64,000 bases of DNA from Macrostomum lignano (GCA_002269645.1 NIVC01002621.1:92318-156317); one strand, 5' to 3'; numbered from the stretch's first letter, positions 1-13,025 are shown. Program-made: numbers and translations. The notes: generated from the sequence alone by a model not told the origin.

Positions 1-297
1 CTGGCACCTGCAATACAGATACTACTGACACCTGGAGAACAGATACAACTGACATTTTCAGTACAGGTACTACTGACACCTGCAGTAGATACTACTCATA
101 TCTGCAGATCGGATACTACTGACACCTGCAGGACAGATACTGCTGACATCTGCAGTGCAGATACTACGGACACCTACAGGTCAGATACTACTGACACTTG
201 CAGTACAGATGCTACTGACACCTGCAGTAGATACTACTCATATCTGCAGATCGGATACTACTCACACCTGCAGGACAGATACTACTGACACTGACAT
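1..297. repeat. Degenerate ~25-bp minisatellite (core TACTACTGACACCTGCAG), runs off window start
   Basis: Repeated gatactactgacacctgcag units are visible directly; this explains ORF 155..358. Confidence 0.85.
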
Positions 298-949
298 TTC
301 GAAGTTCAGCTTCTGTGTCGAGTTTGAGGCTTTAAGCTGGTTGGGAAAGAGACCATAAATATGCTTTGGTTTTAGAAATAAAATTAAAATGCTTCAGTTT
401 AACTTAACTACTGAACTGAAAGTAGCTTGCACGCAAATGTGCTGAGTGGCCCATCTAGTTATTCTAGTATCTGTGCACCGTGTATATAGATCAGGAAACC
501 TTGTGTAAAAGCATTGAAAATAGAGTAATTTTAATACTATAAGTAATTATCCCTATTCATTGCTACTTATACTAGTAGCATTATAAATACGAGATTTTGA
601 CAGCGCGTGGCACTTACGAAATAATAATAAGACGAGCCTTTAATGTACATGTAATAAGATTTCAGTCGCGATCAGATCGCTGACCACGTGACCCTGCAGC
701 CCGAACCAGCCTTAGCAGCTGGTCTGTACGCAGACACGCACTTATACACACGCTAAAACAGGATGTACAGGGGCCTGAATTTCTCATCGTTGGGCATGTA
801 CACTCTCTGTGCCTTGAAATTAGTGTGAATCACCGTGTGACAGCGGAGAGTCAGACCCGTGTACCGCTGAGCTGCTCTGTCACTTGGTATTGATGCGTAG
901 AGAGGAATGGAAAATCTAAATTCAATGCTTAATTGCTGAATTAGTTCAT

Positions 950-1258
950 TGTATACTACTTAGTAAACTATGTATACTACTTAGTAACCTTTAAATACTA
1001 CTTAGTAACTTTATATACTACTTAGTCAACTATATACACTACTCAGTAAACTATATACACTACTTAGTAAACTATATATACTACTTAGTAAACTATGTAT
1101 ACTACTTAGTAAACTATAGATACTACTTAGTCAACTATATATACTACTTAGTAAACTATGTATACTACTTAGTAACCTATAAATTCTACTTAGTAAACTT
1201 TATATACTACTTAGTAAACTATAGATACTACTTAGTCAACTATATATACTACTTAGTA
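950..1258. repeat. ~21-bp AT-rich minisatellite (TATATACTACTTAGTAAAC)
   Basis: About 14 tandem imperfect copies are visible. Confidence 0.9.
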
Positions 1259-1591
1259 TAATTCGCTGCAAGATTCTCACGAACAAAAGAAGGACACGAA
1301 ACACGAAAGAGAAGCCAACCCAATTAGCCTGTTGAAGGAATTATCCTAATAAAAAACGAACAGACAAACGAACAAACATGTTTTATATAATAGCTGGAGT
1401 AGATGTATTACACAGAAGTATAGTTAACAGTAACAGTAGCAGCCTACGAAAAATGCCGTTCTGTGGTGCTTGAGCACTGCTCATAAATGCCACACGATCT
1501 CTTCTACCATTTTGCCAAGCTTTCACCCCCGCTGAGATCATGATTGATTGGGTAAGCTGCAGAAGACCGAAAGATCGCTAAAAAGAAAATA

Positions 1592-1597
1592 TTTATT
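1592..1597 (-). terminator. Probable polyadenylation signal (AATAAA) of ERCC6L
   Basis: AATAAA lies ~160 nt after the stop at 1755 and is followed by a U-rich tract. Confidence 0.55.
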
Positions 1598-1754
1598 GGT
1601 GGAAGATAAGCGTGCGCATATAGAAAACTAAAAGTAAACGAAAGTGTGTGACGAATTCATGTGAAACAAATGTCAAGAGAATGTCATTGCAATCGGGACG
1701 CTCTAGTAAAGTCAATTGTTCCCCAGAGCACTGATCCATTGCCGCGCCAGATTC

Positions 1755-4700
1755 TCAGTCGTCCCCGTCAATGGACATGCAATTACCGGCCTGGGTGCTG
1801 GCAGCGGCGGCGGCAGCGGTGGCGGGAGTGGCAGCGGGAGCTCCAGAGGCCATCGGAGTCGAGAACCACCGCTGCATCGCTGAGTGCGGAAGAGGCGCCG
1901 GCGGCGGTGTCTCGACGGCAGTGAGACCTGCGGCTGCAGCGGCCAAGGGGGTGGACAAGCGCGACTGGACTGGCGAGTCGGACACCAGGACCACCTTGCC
2001 GCGGCTCTTGTTGCCGATGATCGAGCTGGCGCCCGAGACCGCCGACGTGTCCCCAGCCGCCGCGGCCGAAGCATCAGCGCCCAGTGACCGCGACAGCAGG
2101 CTGTGCACCGGCCGACTCTGCAGCGCCTCCTGAAGGCTCTCGTCAGACGAGGACAGCTCAACAACTTCGATCGGTTCGTTGTTCTCTCCAGCATCTGACT
2201 CAGCATCTGACTCAGCATCTGACCCAGCATCTGACCCGGCATCTGAGCCGGACTCTTCCACTAATTCGCCTTCTCCGTCAGCTTCCGAGAAGCTCATGGC
2301 GTGAGCACTGTCTGAGAGGCGCTCCGGCGTGGCAGGCACAATCAGCTTCTGAGGAGCCGGCGGGGCTGGCGAAGCCGCGCATGAGGCCTCCATAGCCGCG
2401 GCGCCCGCCTGCTGCTCATCATCGGCGGCCTCATCGGAGTCGGAGTCGATGGCCAGCCGGCGGACATTGCGGCGGCCAGCTGACGGCAGGCGCACGGCCA
2501 GCGGCGAGTCCTCGAAGCTGACGTCGGCTGCTGCGGGAGCAGCCTGCTGGACAGCCATCGAAGTGTCGCCTCGATTCGACTTGTCGAACGTCGGGTCATC
2601 GCTAACCACGCTGTCCTCGGAGACGCTCATTGCGTGGATGCTCTCAGACAGCTGGGCCACCGAGGGCGGCGGCGTCGGCGGCTGTTGCGGCACTGGCTGT
2701 TGCGGCACTGGCTGTTGCGGCACTGGCTGTTGCGGCACTGGCTGCGGCGGCACTGGCTGCGGCGGCACTGGCTGTTGCGGCACTGGCTGTTGCGGCACTG
2801 GCTGTTGCGGCACTACTGGCTGTTGCGGCACTGGCTGTTGCGGCACTGGCTGTTGCGGCACTGGCTGCGGCGGCACTGGCTGCGGCGGCACTGGCTGTTG
2901 CGGCACTGGCTGTTGCGGCACTGGCTGTTGCGGCACTGGCTGTTGCGGCACTGGCTGTTGCGGCACTGGCTGCGGCGGCACTGACTGTTGCGGCATAGGC
3001 TGCCGCGGTGGCGGAGGCGGCGGCATCGGCTGCTGCGGTGGCGGACTAGGAGGCGGGCTTGGAACGCCAGCCGCTTCACCCCCGGCGGATGATGAGGCGG
3101 AAGCTGAAACCGAGGCGGCCGAGGCCGAGTCGGAGGCGTACACAGGCCGAGGCCGCGGCGGCTGCAAGTTTCAGATTTGTAGAAAGTGAATAATCAGTGC
3201 TCAGAAAGACAGTTAAAAAACTTTAGCAAACTTCATACCGGAGGAATTTTGGGCCGGGAGAGCGGCACAAACTGGTGCATGGTGGCCTCAATCCGGTCGC
3301 GCACATTGGCCGGCCGAGCGGAGCCCGGCTGCAGCACTGACAGCTCCATGCGGCTCATATCGATGCGGTCCAGCCTGCGGCCTGCCATCTCCTCGTTCTC
3401 CCTAGCCAGTGTCTCCTCCACCTGACGCCGGCGCTGCTCGGCAAATTTAGCCGAATTAGCGGCTCCGATCGTGGTGGATTCGAGCCCGGGACCGCCGAAC
3501 ATACTGGCGGCAGCGGCGGCTGAGGCCTCGCTGTTGTCGTCCACGTCGGGCTCCGTGGCGTCGGCCTGCGTGAACATCAGGTCGTGATCGGAGATGCCGA
3601 ACACATTCAGGCTGTGAAGGTAGGCCAGGTGCTCGTCAAGCTCCGGATCGGTGCGACGCTGGCCGCTGTGCAGCTCGGCCAGCTGCTGCTGCGTCTGCGA
3701 CTTCAGGTGATCGTCCAGCTTGAAAAGCTCCCTCAGCTCTTGCTTTGTGAAGTAGCTGGCGGATTGAGCATAGGGGGGAGTGGGCGAATTTTGGGGTTAG
3801 AGACTCCAGCAATAGTGCTCATGAATTGCTCAAATATTTGTGCTCAGAAACTCGATCGACAGTGCCGAGAATATCGATTGATAATGCTGGGAATGTCGAT
3901 TGATAATGCTGAGAATATCGATTGATAATGCTGGGAATGTCGATTGATAATGCTAAGAAACTCGATCGATAATGCTGAGAATATTGATCGATAATGCTAA
4001 GAATATTGATCGATAATGCTAAGAATATTGATCGATAATGCTGGGAAACTCGATCGATAGAGCTAAGAATATTGATTGATAATGCTGGGAAACTTGATCG
4101 ATATTGCTGGAAAACTCGATCGATAGAGCTAAGAATATTGATCGATAATGCTGGGAAACTTGATCGATATTGCTGAGAAACTCGATCAAAAGCACTACAT
4201 AAGCTCAGACTCGAACACAGACCCAAGCTCACCGATAAGGATCCTTGTCAGCCTCGCCGATGCCAGTTGTCTGCCTGGTGATACCATCTTTGAACACCTG
4301 TCGGCGGTAGATCTTCTCTTCCACAGTGCCGCACGTGATGAGCCGGTAGATCAGTACATTGCGACTCTGCCCAATGCGGAAGGCCCTGTCAACCGCCTGA
4401 GCGTCCACCGCCGGGTTCCACGATGGGTCCAGAATGACTACGCGGTCTGCCGCAGTCAGAGTGAGGCCGACTCCGCCCACCTGCGGAAGAGTGGCAGCAG
4501 ACAGGTAAATGGACGACATAAATGTGTGAGGTTTAAATAGGCCCCTTATTGATGTTTAGATAAGCCAGCAATTGATGATTAGATATGCCACCAATGAGTG
4601 ATTAGATACGAAACCTCTAGATGATTAGACACTGTTGGACTCTGACTGACTCTGATCTTTTATGGACTGTGGGCTCTGGGGTCAGTGTTTGGGGTGGGTT

Positions 4701-7700
4701 ATTTGTCTGGTGAGGGTTTGCGTACTCTGTGTACATTGTTGCTCATTCTCTATTCCATCGTGCATGCCTTATCTCTGTCACCCACCCCAATGCTATGCTG
4801 CGATGCTTATTAAATGTGTTTCTGATCTGAGGTTGACTTCAATAAACTTCTGTCACAACTTGAGTGCTAAAGCTATTGACTTTCACTTGGCGTCGCAAGC
4901 AGGATTGCGCATGCCTGCATACGGCCATAATGTCTATTAAGATACGAGATCAACTGCCTCTGGAAAATGTGGACGAACTGCAAGCCTGGGTAGAAGTGTT
5001 CGACGCTCAGGCGAGGTCCAAAGGAGTCAGAGACGAGGAGAACAACCTCGGCTTGACAGACGCATTTCTAGGATCGCTGGGCGTAAGTCAACTTATGAAG
5101 GTCAAACAGCTGGTGGCTCCAAAGAAGATCGCAGGAATGCGGTGGGAGAACATCAAGAAAAGTCTTTTCAAGTATCTGGAGCCCAAGAAGAGACTTCTGA
5201 TAGCCGAGAGGACAGCATTCATGGCCATGAGACAAGTCGTAACTGTGGCCGGCTTCACTGCTAGATTGCGAGAACAGGCCATGGTTTGCGAGTTCGAGAA
5301 GTTCAAGGAAGAGCGGGCAGACCCGGCTGAGCAGCTCATTAAGATGCGCCTCATCGCTGGCCTAGTCAGCCAGGACACGAGAAACAAGGTTCTGGAGCGT
5401 GAGATGACGCAAGAGCTGACTGTAGATCAGATCACTGAGTTTGTTCAGCAGCTGCAACTAGTCAACGACTTCACGACACCAACCTCGGCAGCTCAGAACA
5501 TCGGAGCATCAACTGAGCCAGCTGTGCATCAGGCAGTGTCACAAGAGCTGGAGCAGCAATCGGCTCACACTGTTCACCAGTTCAAGGGCAAGTGTGGAAG
5601 ATGCGGCTTGGCTCAGCATCGTAACGTGTCTGAATGTCGGGCCTTGAAAGCGGTTTGCCACAAGTGCGAAAAGCAGGGGCAGGGCATGCCGCGGCATGCC
5701 GCTTTGCCAGGGCATGCCGCGGCACCGCCAAGGCGCACTTCACGGAGCCCAAAGCCAACTCAGATGAAGCTGTGTTTTTCTGCACTGAAGACAAGCCAGC
5801 TGACTTCTGCTTTGTGAAGATCAACGGTAAGCAGGTGAAAATGGAGAGGAACAGCGGCACCTCCTGCTCATTGATCTCCAAGAAAATCTGGATCGACCTT
5901 GGACGTCCAGCACTCAAGAAGCCGAAGTCACGCATGCTGTCATATGATGGTCACGTGATGAGACAGCTTGGCCTCCTACAGTGCCTGGTGGAGACTGAAG
6001 GCGACAACGGGAGATTTGCGACAATGGAACTCCCGGTGATAGACTGTCACCAGCACTTCGGTCTCCTGGGCCGGAATCTGCTAAGCAGCCGGCAGATGCA
6101 CCATTCGGAGGAGGTGAGCAACAAATATCTGAAGTTGGCTGGAATCAAGGGCGCGGTTGCAGAGATCCGACTCAAGTCCAGCGCCGAGCCAGTGTTCCAA
6201 CCGGCCCGTAAGCTTCCAATGGCATTAAAACCGCTGGTGAAGAAGGAACTCGACCTGATGGAGGCGGCTGGAATTGTTGAGAAAGTGAGCTCATCGGAGT
6301 GGGGCAGCCCGATCGTAGTCACCGCCAAGCCTGGCCGGGAGACCGTGAGGATCTGCGGCGACTACACCGCCGTCAATCAGCTGATTCAAGGCCAGACGTA
6401 TCTCACAACCTCCATAGAGACGGCCTTTTCGAAGGTTGCCAACAAAAAGTTCTTCTGTCACCTGGATCTGTCAGACGCCTACTACCAGATTCTCCTGGAT
6501 GAGCAGTCCAAGGCGGTCACCACCATCAACACCCCATTCGGCTGCTACCGCTTCAACAGCCTGCCCTACGGTATCAAGGTGTCACCATCAGTCTTTCAGC
6601 GTGAGATCAGTGAGCATCCGAGTGTTATTACTTATCAAGATGATGTGCTGATTGGTGGGAGTTCTACGCTAGAGCTACAGCAGATCAGGGAAGGTGTCTT
6701 GAAAAGACTGCGAGAGGCCATTGTCAAAATTAACGAGTCAAAGTGCGTTATGGAGGCTAGCAGCCTGAAGTTTCTTGGGCATGTTATCGATGCAGAAGGC
6801 ATCAAACCAGACCCAGGGATGGTTGAGAGAGTGCTACAGGTAGCCAGCCCCAAGAGTAAAAAGGACCTAGGGAAGTTTCTAGGACCCGCTCAGTTCTACG
6901 GCAGACTGATTCCCAACTTCTCCGAGCGCTGCCGAGTATTGCATGAGCTGAGGAGGAGCGATTCGATTGGAGTCCGGCAGCCGAGGCTGCCTCGGCCGAA
7001 GTAAAAGCATGTCTCGCCTCCAGGCCGTGTGTCAAGCCATATGACATCAATGCGCCAGTCTGCCTTCGAGTTGATGCTAGTGAAAAATCTGTAGGCGCTG
7101 TTCTGACTCAAGCAGGTCACCCGGTGATGTACCTATCGAGGATGCTCACCTCCGCGGAGTCCAACTACTCTAACATTGAAAGGGAAGCGCTAGTCATAGT
7201 CTGGGCAGTTGAGCGAGCGAAAATGTTGATCGGGAAAAAATCCATCCTGCAAACGGACCATGAACCTTTGAGATTTATTTTCATCCCGAGCAAAAGCCTG
7301 TCAAAAACAGCTTCAGCTAGGCTGACTAGATGGGCCTTGAGACTGTCTGCATTCGACTACTCTGTGGAATACATTCCAGGAAAGCAGCTACTGGACGCTG
7401 ATGCTTTGTCAAGGCTCAACTACACTGCAGAAGTTGATGAGGACACGGTGCATCAAGCGGATTCAGTGCTGAGCGCAGATGACTCGGCAGGAGCTCCGGG
7501 AAGCCACCCTGAACTGCTTGCTCGGTGCTGAAGAGACTGCAACAGAGAATCCGAACCGGGCGTTGGGGTCAGGTTTCCCAGGTTGAGCGACCCTTTAAAG
7601 CCTGTAGAACTTCCCTGTCGACTGATAACGGCTTGGTGATCCATGGAACTCGAGTGGTACCTCCAGCAGTGCTTCGTCGGAGGATTCTGGAAGCGGCTCA

Positions 7701-10309
7701 TGATGAAGTGCATCCTAGCTTTGAGAGCACTAAGGCTCACATCTGCAAGGAATTCTGGTGGCCTGGATTGGATCGAGATGTGCGACAGTATGTGGAGAGA
7801 TGCCGGACATGCGCTGAGTCTCGCCCGCTGTCTAATCGCAAAATCGACATATGGCCACCGGAGACAACTCCATGGAGTCGCGTCCACATGGACCACTGCG
7901 AAGTCTCGGCGTCGGCCTGCTGCTGCTACTGTCGGACACTTACTCAGGTTACTCATGATTAGATATGAAACCTCTAGATGACTTAAATACGCCACCTCTG
8001 GATGATTAGATATGAAAACTCTAGATGATTTAGATACGCCACCTCTGGATGATTAGATATGAAACCTCTAGATGATTTAGATACGCCACCTCTAATAATT
8101 AGATAAGAAACTTCTAGATGATTTAGATACGCCACCTCTAGATGATTAGATATGAAAACTCTAGATGATTTAGATATGCCACCTCTGGATGATTAGATAT
8201 GAAACCTCTAGATGATTTAGATACGCCACCTCTAATAATTAGATAAGAAACTTCTAGATGATTTAGATACGCCACCTCTGGATGATTAGATATGAAAACT
8301 CTAGATGATTTAGATACGCCACCTCTGGATGATTAGATATGAAAACTCTAGATGATTTAGATACGCCACCTCTGGATGATTAGATATGAAAACTCTAGAT
8401 GATTTAGATACGCCACATCTAATGATTAGATAAGAAACTTCTAGATGATTTAGATACGCCACATCTAATGATTAGATAAGAAACTTCTAGATGATTTAGA
8501 TACGCCACCTCTGGATGATTAGATATGAAAACTCTAGATGATTTAGATACGCCACCTCTAATAATTATATAAGAAACTTCTAGATGATTTAGATACGCCA
8601 CCTCTGGATGATTAGATATGAAAACTCTAGATGATTTAGATACGCCACATCTAATGATTAGATATGAAAACTCTAGATGATTTAGATACGCCACCTCTGG
8701 ATGATTAGATATGAAAACTCTAGATTATTTAGATACGCCACCTCTGGATGATTAGATATGAAACCTCTAGATGATTTAGATACGCCACCTCTAATAATTA
8801 GATAAGAAACTTCTAGATGATTTAGATACGCCACCTCTGGATGATTAGATATGAAAACTCTAGATGATTTAGATACGCCACCTCTGGATGATTAGATATG
8901 AAACCTCTAGATGATTTAGATACGCCACCTCTAATAATTAGATAAGAAACTTCTAGATGATTTAGATACGCCACCTCTGGATGATTAGATATGAAAACTC
9001 TAGATGATTTAGATACGCCACCTCTGGATGATTAGATATGAAAACTCTAGATGATTTAGATACGCTACATCTAATGATTAGATATGAAACCTCTAGATGA
9101 TTTAGATACGCCACCTCTGGATGATTAGATATGAAAACTCTAGATGATTTAGATACGCCACATCTAATGATTAGATATGAAACCTCTAGATGATTTGCAG
9201 ATTTAGATACGACACTAATGGATGAAAACTCACCTGAGTGATGAGCAGAAAAGCGTCAATGCTCTTGTCACGAGCGAATGTGCTGACAATGTGCTGCCGG
9301 TCAGCCACCTGTGTTACCCGGCCGTCCAGTCTAGACAGCCGATGGCCGCGCTCCTCCAGAATTCGCTCGGCAATGTCCAGCATCTTGCGCGACTGCGAGA
9401 ACACCAGAGTCCGATGTCCCTCGGCCTTCAGCCGGGCCATTAGTTTGGCCAAGAAAGCCATCTTGCCGCTCTCTTCCGTCAGCATGGACACTGGCAGATG
9501 GATAGCGGCCCGGCTATTATCCAGCATGTTCTCGGCGCGGCTCAGGCCCAGATCCTGGCACTGGTTGGCCGACAGCAGGCGAGGATGATCGCAAATCTTC
9601 TTCAGCACAGTCAGCTCCACTAAAGGCGACCGGCGATTGCTATTCACTAGCAGGGCCTTGACCTGGTCCAGCTGGAGAAAGTCGCGGTAGATATTGAGCT
9701 GAGTCTGAGACATGAACAGCCAGACAACTACGTCGTTCTTTCTAGTCAGGGAGGGCATTGCCGGCCCGGCCGAGGGCTTCTGGCCCTGCTGCTTGGTGCT
9801 GGCCTGGATCTGGTGCTTGGTACGGCGTAGGAAGTACGGCTCGATGCGGGCCTTCAGGCTCTGCGCCATCTGGTCTCCGTAGCGACGCTCGGACGCTGTG
9901 GCGTCCTTCTCCCTGGACCGAATGATTGGCCGCTCGTACTCGGTTTTGAAGGTCTTCTGCGTGCCCAGCAGGGTGCCGTGGTGGGCGAAGTCGAATAGAG
10001 CCCACATCTCCATGAGGTTGTTTTGCACTGCTGTGCCAGTGAGGAGCAGTCTGTGCTTGGCGTCGATGGCAAAAACACCCTGTGGAAGGCAAATCAGGGA
10101 GCTTGTTGTTCTTTTTTAAGCAGTGGTATATAGGCAGTAGTCAGTGTGGGAAATGAAGACGCGAAAAAGGAAATAAAAAATGTGACCTTGAAAGACAAAA
10201 TAAAATAAATTGTTTTAAACAAATCAATTCACATATTCAAGATATACACTTAGGTGCAAGAAAACTTATTTAAAATTATCCACAACGACAGACAGACAGA
10301 CACTAAGAA

Positions 10310-10342
<33 letters not shown>

Positions 10343-10353
10343 CTAAGACACTT

Positions 10354-10386
<33 letters not shown>

Positions 10387-10396
10387 CTAAGACACT

Positions 10397-10450
<54 letters not shown>

Positions 10451-11883
10451 CTAAAACAGACAGACAGACCTTGGATGTCTTTCGGCTAGAATTCTTGATC
10501 TTGTGGCCCTCGTCCAGAATAACATAGTCCCAAACGAAGGTGCGGTTATTCTGGTCGCAGGCCAGACTCTGCCAGGAGGACACCACCATGCCGTAGGTGG
10601 TGATGAGCACGCCGGAGCGCCGCTGCACCCTGGACAGATCGTACTCCATCTGGCGCTTAGTCTGGCCGTGGTACAAGTACACAGGCAAGTTGCGGGCCCA
10701 TTTGTCGAACTCCTGGCGCCAGGTCATGATGACCGACACGGGCATGATTAGCAGAACGGAGCGAATCTCGTTTTGATCGAAAAGGCCGCGCAGGAATGCG
10801 ATGGTCTGGATGGTCTTGCCTGCGGGTGGCGCGGGCCGATATTTATGGCAAGTGTAAGGGTGACAGTGGGTGCGGTGTCAGGGCGATTCTAGGCGATGTA
10901 TTTAGTGGCGTTTTGAGGTTGACGTTTAGGGATATTAAAGGGTGATGTTGGGAATATTAAAGGGTGATGTTGGGGACATTAAAGGGTGATGTTGGGGATA
11001 TTAAAGGGTGATGGTGGCGGACATTAAAGGGTGATGTTGGGGACATTAAAGGGTGATGGTGGCGGACATTAAAGGGTGATGCTGGGGATATTGAAGGGTG
11101 ATTTTAAAGGGGGCTACATGCTTATCGTGAAACAAAATAGTGATAGAGTTCACACGCAATCAGTAAGAGAGGGGCGATTATTGCAGAGCACTCACCCAGT
11201 CCCATATCGTCGGCCAGGATGCCGCCCTTGCCGGCTTTGTGCAGGCCGTACAGCCAGGAGATGCCGGCTCGCTGGTGATCGTACAGCTTATCAAAGAGCG
11301 GCCGGCACAGCGAGAATCCCGGGCACACCTCGGCCAACTTGCTGCTGCCGCCGCCGACATCGCGGTGTCCGGCTTCGCTGTTGTTGGACAGAGCCAGCGG
11401 CGACTTAGAGATGTGCGACCGCGGCGGCGACCTCCTTCGCGGCGGCAGCTGATGCTTGGACCGGCGCCAGTTGTCGCGATCGTCCTGTTCGTCATCGTCG
11501 TCCTCGTCGACAATTCGCGGCCGCGGCTTCGGCTTAGCGAATGTCGGCTTCAGGCGAGGCGGCTCTACAAAGTCAACGTCGTCGGCGTCGACTTCGCTGC
11601 AATTCTCGTCGGCGCCGCCGGCTTCTTCGTCGCTGCCGGCATTGCCTTCTTCAGCATCGCTGCCGTCCTTGGCATCTTCGAGGAATTCCTTCAGGCGCGA
11701 GATTCTGTTGAGCAGCGACTCGCTGGGATTGATGGCGTAGGCAGCCTGGAGGCTGGTCAGAGACGCTAAGAAGTCGTTGGCATTAAACTGCTGCCTTGCC
11801 TGCTTCACTAGCAGACGGGCGGCGCTCTGCGGCGATGCGGAGCCGGCGCCTGCTGAGTCAAAGTCCTTTTGGCTGGCGGACAT
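1755..11883 (-). CDS. ERCC6L: DNA excision repair protein ERCC-6-like / PICH, SNF2-family DNA translocase (~1351 aa)
   Basis: Exons 11883-11196, 10819-10470, 10079-9234, 4480-4233, 3755-3239, 3161-1755. All introns are GT-AG and all phases join in frame. Motifs: N-terminal TPR-like helix pair ([10 protein letters not shown]...[16 protein letters not shown]), Walker [57 protein letters not shown], and the PICH-specific [11 protein letters not shown]...GISDHDLMF. The C-terminus is low-complexity. Confidence 0.93.
2684..2990 (-). repeat. Coding 15-bp minisatellite encoding (PVPQQ)~20 in the last ERCC6L exon
   Basis: Tandem gttgcggcactggct units on +, in frame within ORF 1755..3167. Confidence 0.9.
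3850..4190. repeat. 22-bp minisatellite (GATCGATAATGCTAAGAATATT) in ERCC6L intron 4
   Basis: About 15 tandem copies; explains spurious ORF 3819..4232. Confidence 0.9.
4633..7954 (+). mobile_element. Ty3/Gypsy LTR retrotransposon (Mag-like), degenerate and 3'-truncated, antisense in ERCC6L intron 3
   Basis: 5' LTR TG..CA 4633-4885 with AATAAA at 4841; PBS TGGCGTCGCAAGCAGGATT at 4888-4906. gag ATG at 4930 with zinc knuckles ([10 protein letters not shown]). Protease site decayed (MERNSGTS). RT motifs [28 protein letters not shown]. RNaseH motifs [20 protein letters not shown]. Integrase zinc finger (AHDEVH..CRTC) and first core Asp (RVHMDH). Multiple frameshifts; no 3' LTR. Confidence 0.92.
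7955..9200. repeat. 46/47-bp satellite (GATTAGATATGAAAACTCTAGATGATTTAGATACGCCACCTCTGGAT), a dimer of ~23-bp subunits
   Basis: About 26 tandem units; degenerate units of the same repeat also lie at ~4575-4630 on the other side of the Gypsy element. Confidence 0.92.
10288..10468. repeat. (CAGA)n/(TCTG)n microsatellite in ERCC6L intron 2
   Basis: Direct. Confidence 0.9.
10925..11110. repeat. 22/23-bp minisatellite (ATTAAAGGGTGATGTTGGGGAC) in ERCC6L intron 1
   Basis: About 8 tandem copies. Confidence 0.85.
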
Positions 11884-11978
11884 TGCGCTGTGCTGACTGA
11901 CCGATTTAACTAAGCTGCAAGATGCAAATAATGCTGGTGTGAGCCCGGTTCGGGGCTTGATACTGGAAATCACATGCG

Positions 11979-13025
11979 GAGTTGCCAGCCTCAGGGGAGT
12001 CAGGGTGTTCTGTTGCCAGTCTCAGAGGGAGTCAGGGTGTTCTGTTGCCAGTCTCAGAGGAGTCAGGTGTGCTGTTGCCAGTGTCAGAGGGAGTCAGGGT
12101 GTTCTGTTGCCAGTCTCAGAGGAGTCAGGGTGTGCTGTTGCCAGTCTCAGAGGGAGTCAGGGTGTGCTGTTGCCAGTCTCAGAGGGAGTCAGGGTGTGCT
12201 GTTGCCAGTGTCAGAGGGAGTCAGGGTGTTCTGTTGCCAGTCTCAGAGGGAGTCAGGGTGTGCTGTTGCCAGTCTCAGAGGAGTCAGGGTGTGCTGTTGC
12301 CAGTCTCAGAGGGAGTCAGGGTGTGCTGTTGCCAGTGTCAGAGGGAGTCAGGGTGTTCTGTTGCCAGTCTCAGAGGGAGTCAGGGTGTGCTGTTGCCAGT
12401 CTCAGGGGAGTCAGGTGTGCTGTTGCCAGTCTTAGGGGAGTCAGGTGTGCTGTTGCCAGTATCAGAGGGAGTCAGGGTGTTCTGTTGCCAGTCTCAGAGG
12501 AGTCAGGGTGTGCTGTTGCCAGTCTCAGAGTGAGTCAGGGTGTGCTGTTGCCAGTGTCAGAGGGAGTCAGGGTGTTCTGTTGCCAGTCTCAGAGGGAGTC
12601 AGGGTGTGCTGTTGCCAGTCTCAGAGTGAGTCAGGGTGTGCTGTTGCCAGTGTCAGAGGGAGTCAGGGTGTTCTGTTGCCAGTCTCAGAGGGAGTCAGGG
12701 TGTGCTGTTGCCAGTCTCAGAGGGAGTCAGGGTGTGCTGTTGCCAGTCTCAGAGGGAGTCAGGGTGTGGTGTTGCCAGTCTCAGAGGAAGTCAGGGTGTG
12801 CTGTTGCCAGTCTCAGAGGGAGTCAGGGTGTGCTGTTGCCAGTCTCAGAGTGAGTCAGAGTATGCTGTTGCCAGTCTCAGAGGGAGTCAGGGTGTGCTGT
12901 TGTCAGTCTCAGAAGGAGTCAGGGTGTGCTGTTGCCAGTCTCAGAGAGAGTCAGGGTGTGCTGTTGTCAGTCTCAGAGGGAGTCAGGGTGTGCTGTTGCG
13001 AGTCTCAGAGGAGTCAGGGTGTGGT
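11979..13025. repeat. 31-bp minisatellite (CAGGGTGTGCTGTTGCCAGTCTCAGAGGGAGT-like) filling the NTPCR-ERCC6L spacer
   Basis: About 34 copies; source of the spurious ORFs 11939..13091. Confidence 0.92.

Noticed and set aside
1380-1560. Minus-strand frame with a G-x6-G pattern that might be the missing PICH C-terminal TPR
   Set aside because: It lies downstream of the AATAAA, its phase does not match the candidate donor, and TPR spacing does not continue.
2449-3189. Plus-strand ORFs with (TGCCG)n, (VAAL)n and (LLRHW)n repeats resembling metallothionein or keratin-associated proteins
   Set aside because: They are antisense and shifted readings of the (PVPQQ)n coding repeat of ERCC6L.
7955-9200. 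Regularly spaced repeats that could suggest a CRISPR array (also the other arrays)
   Set aside because: Units are head-to-tail with no unique spacers, there are no cas genes, and the context is eukaryotic.
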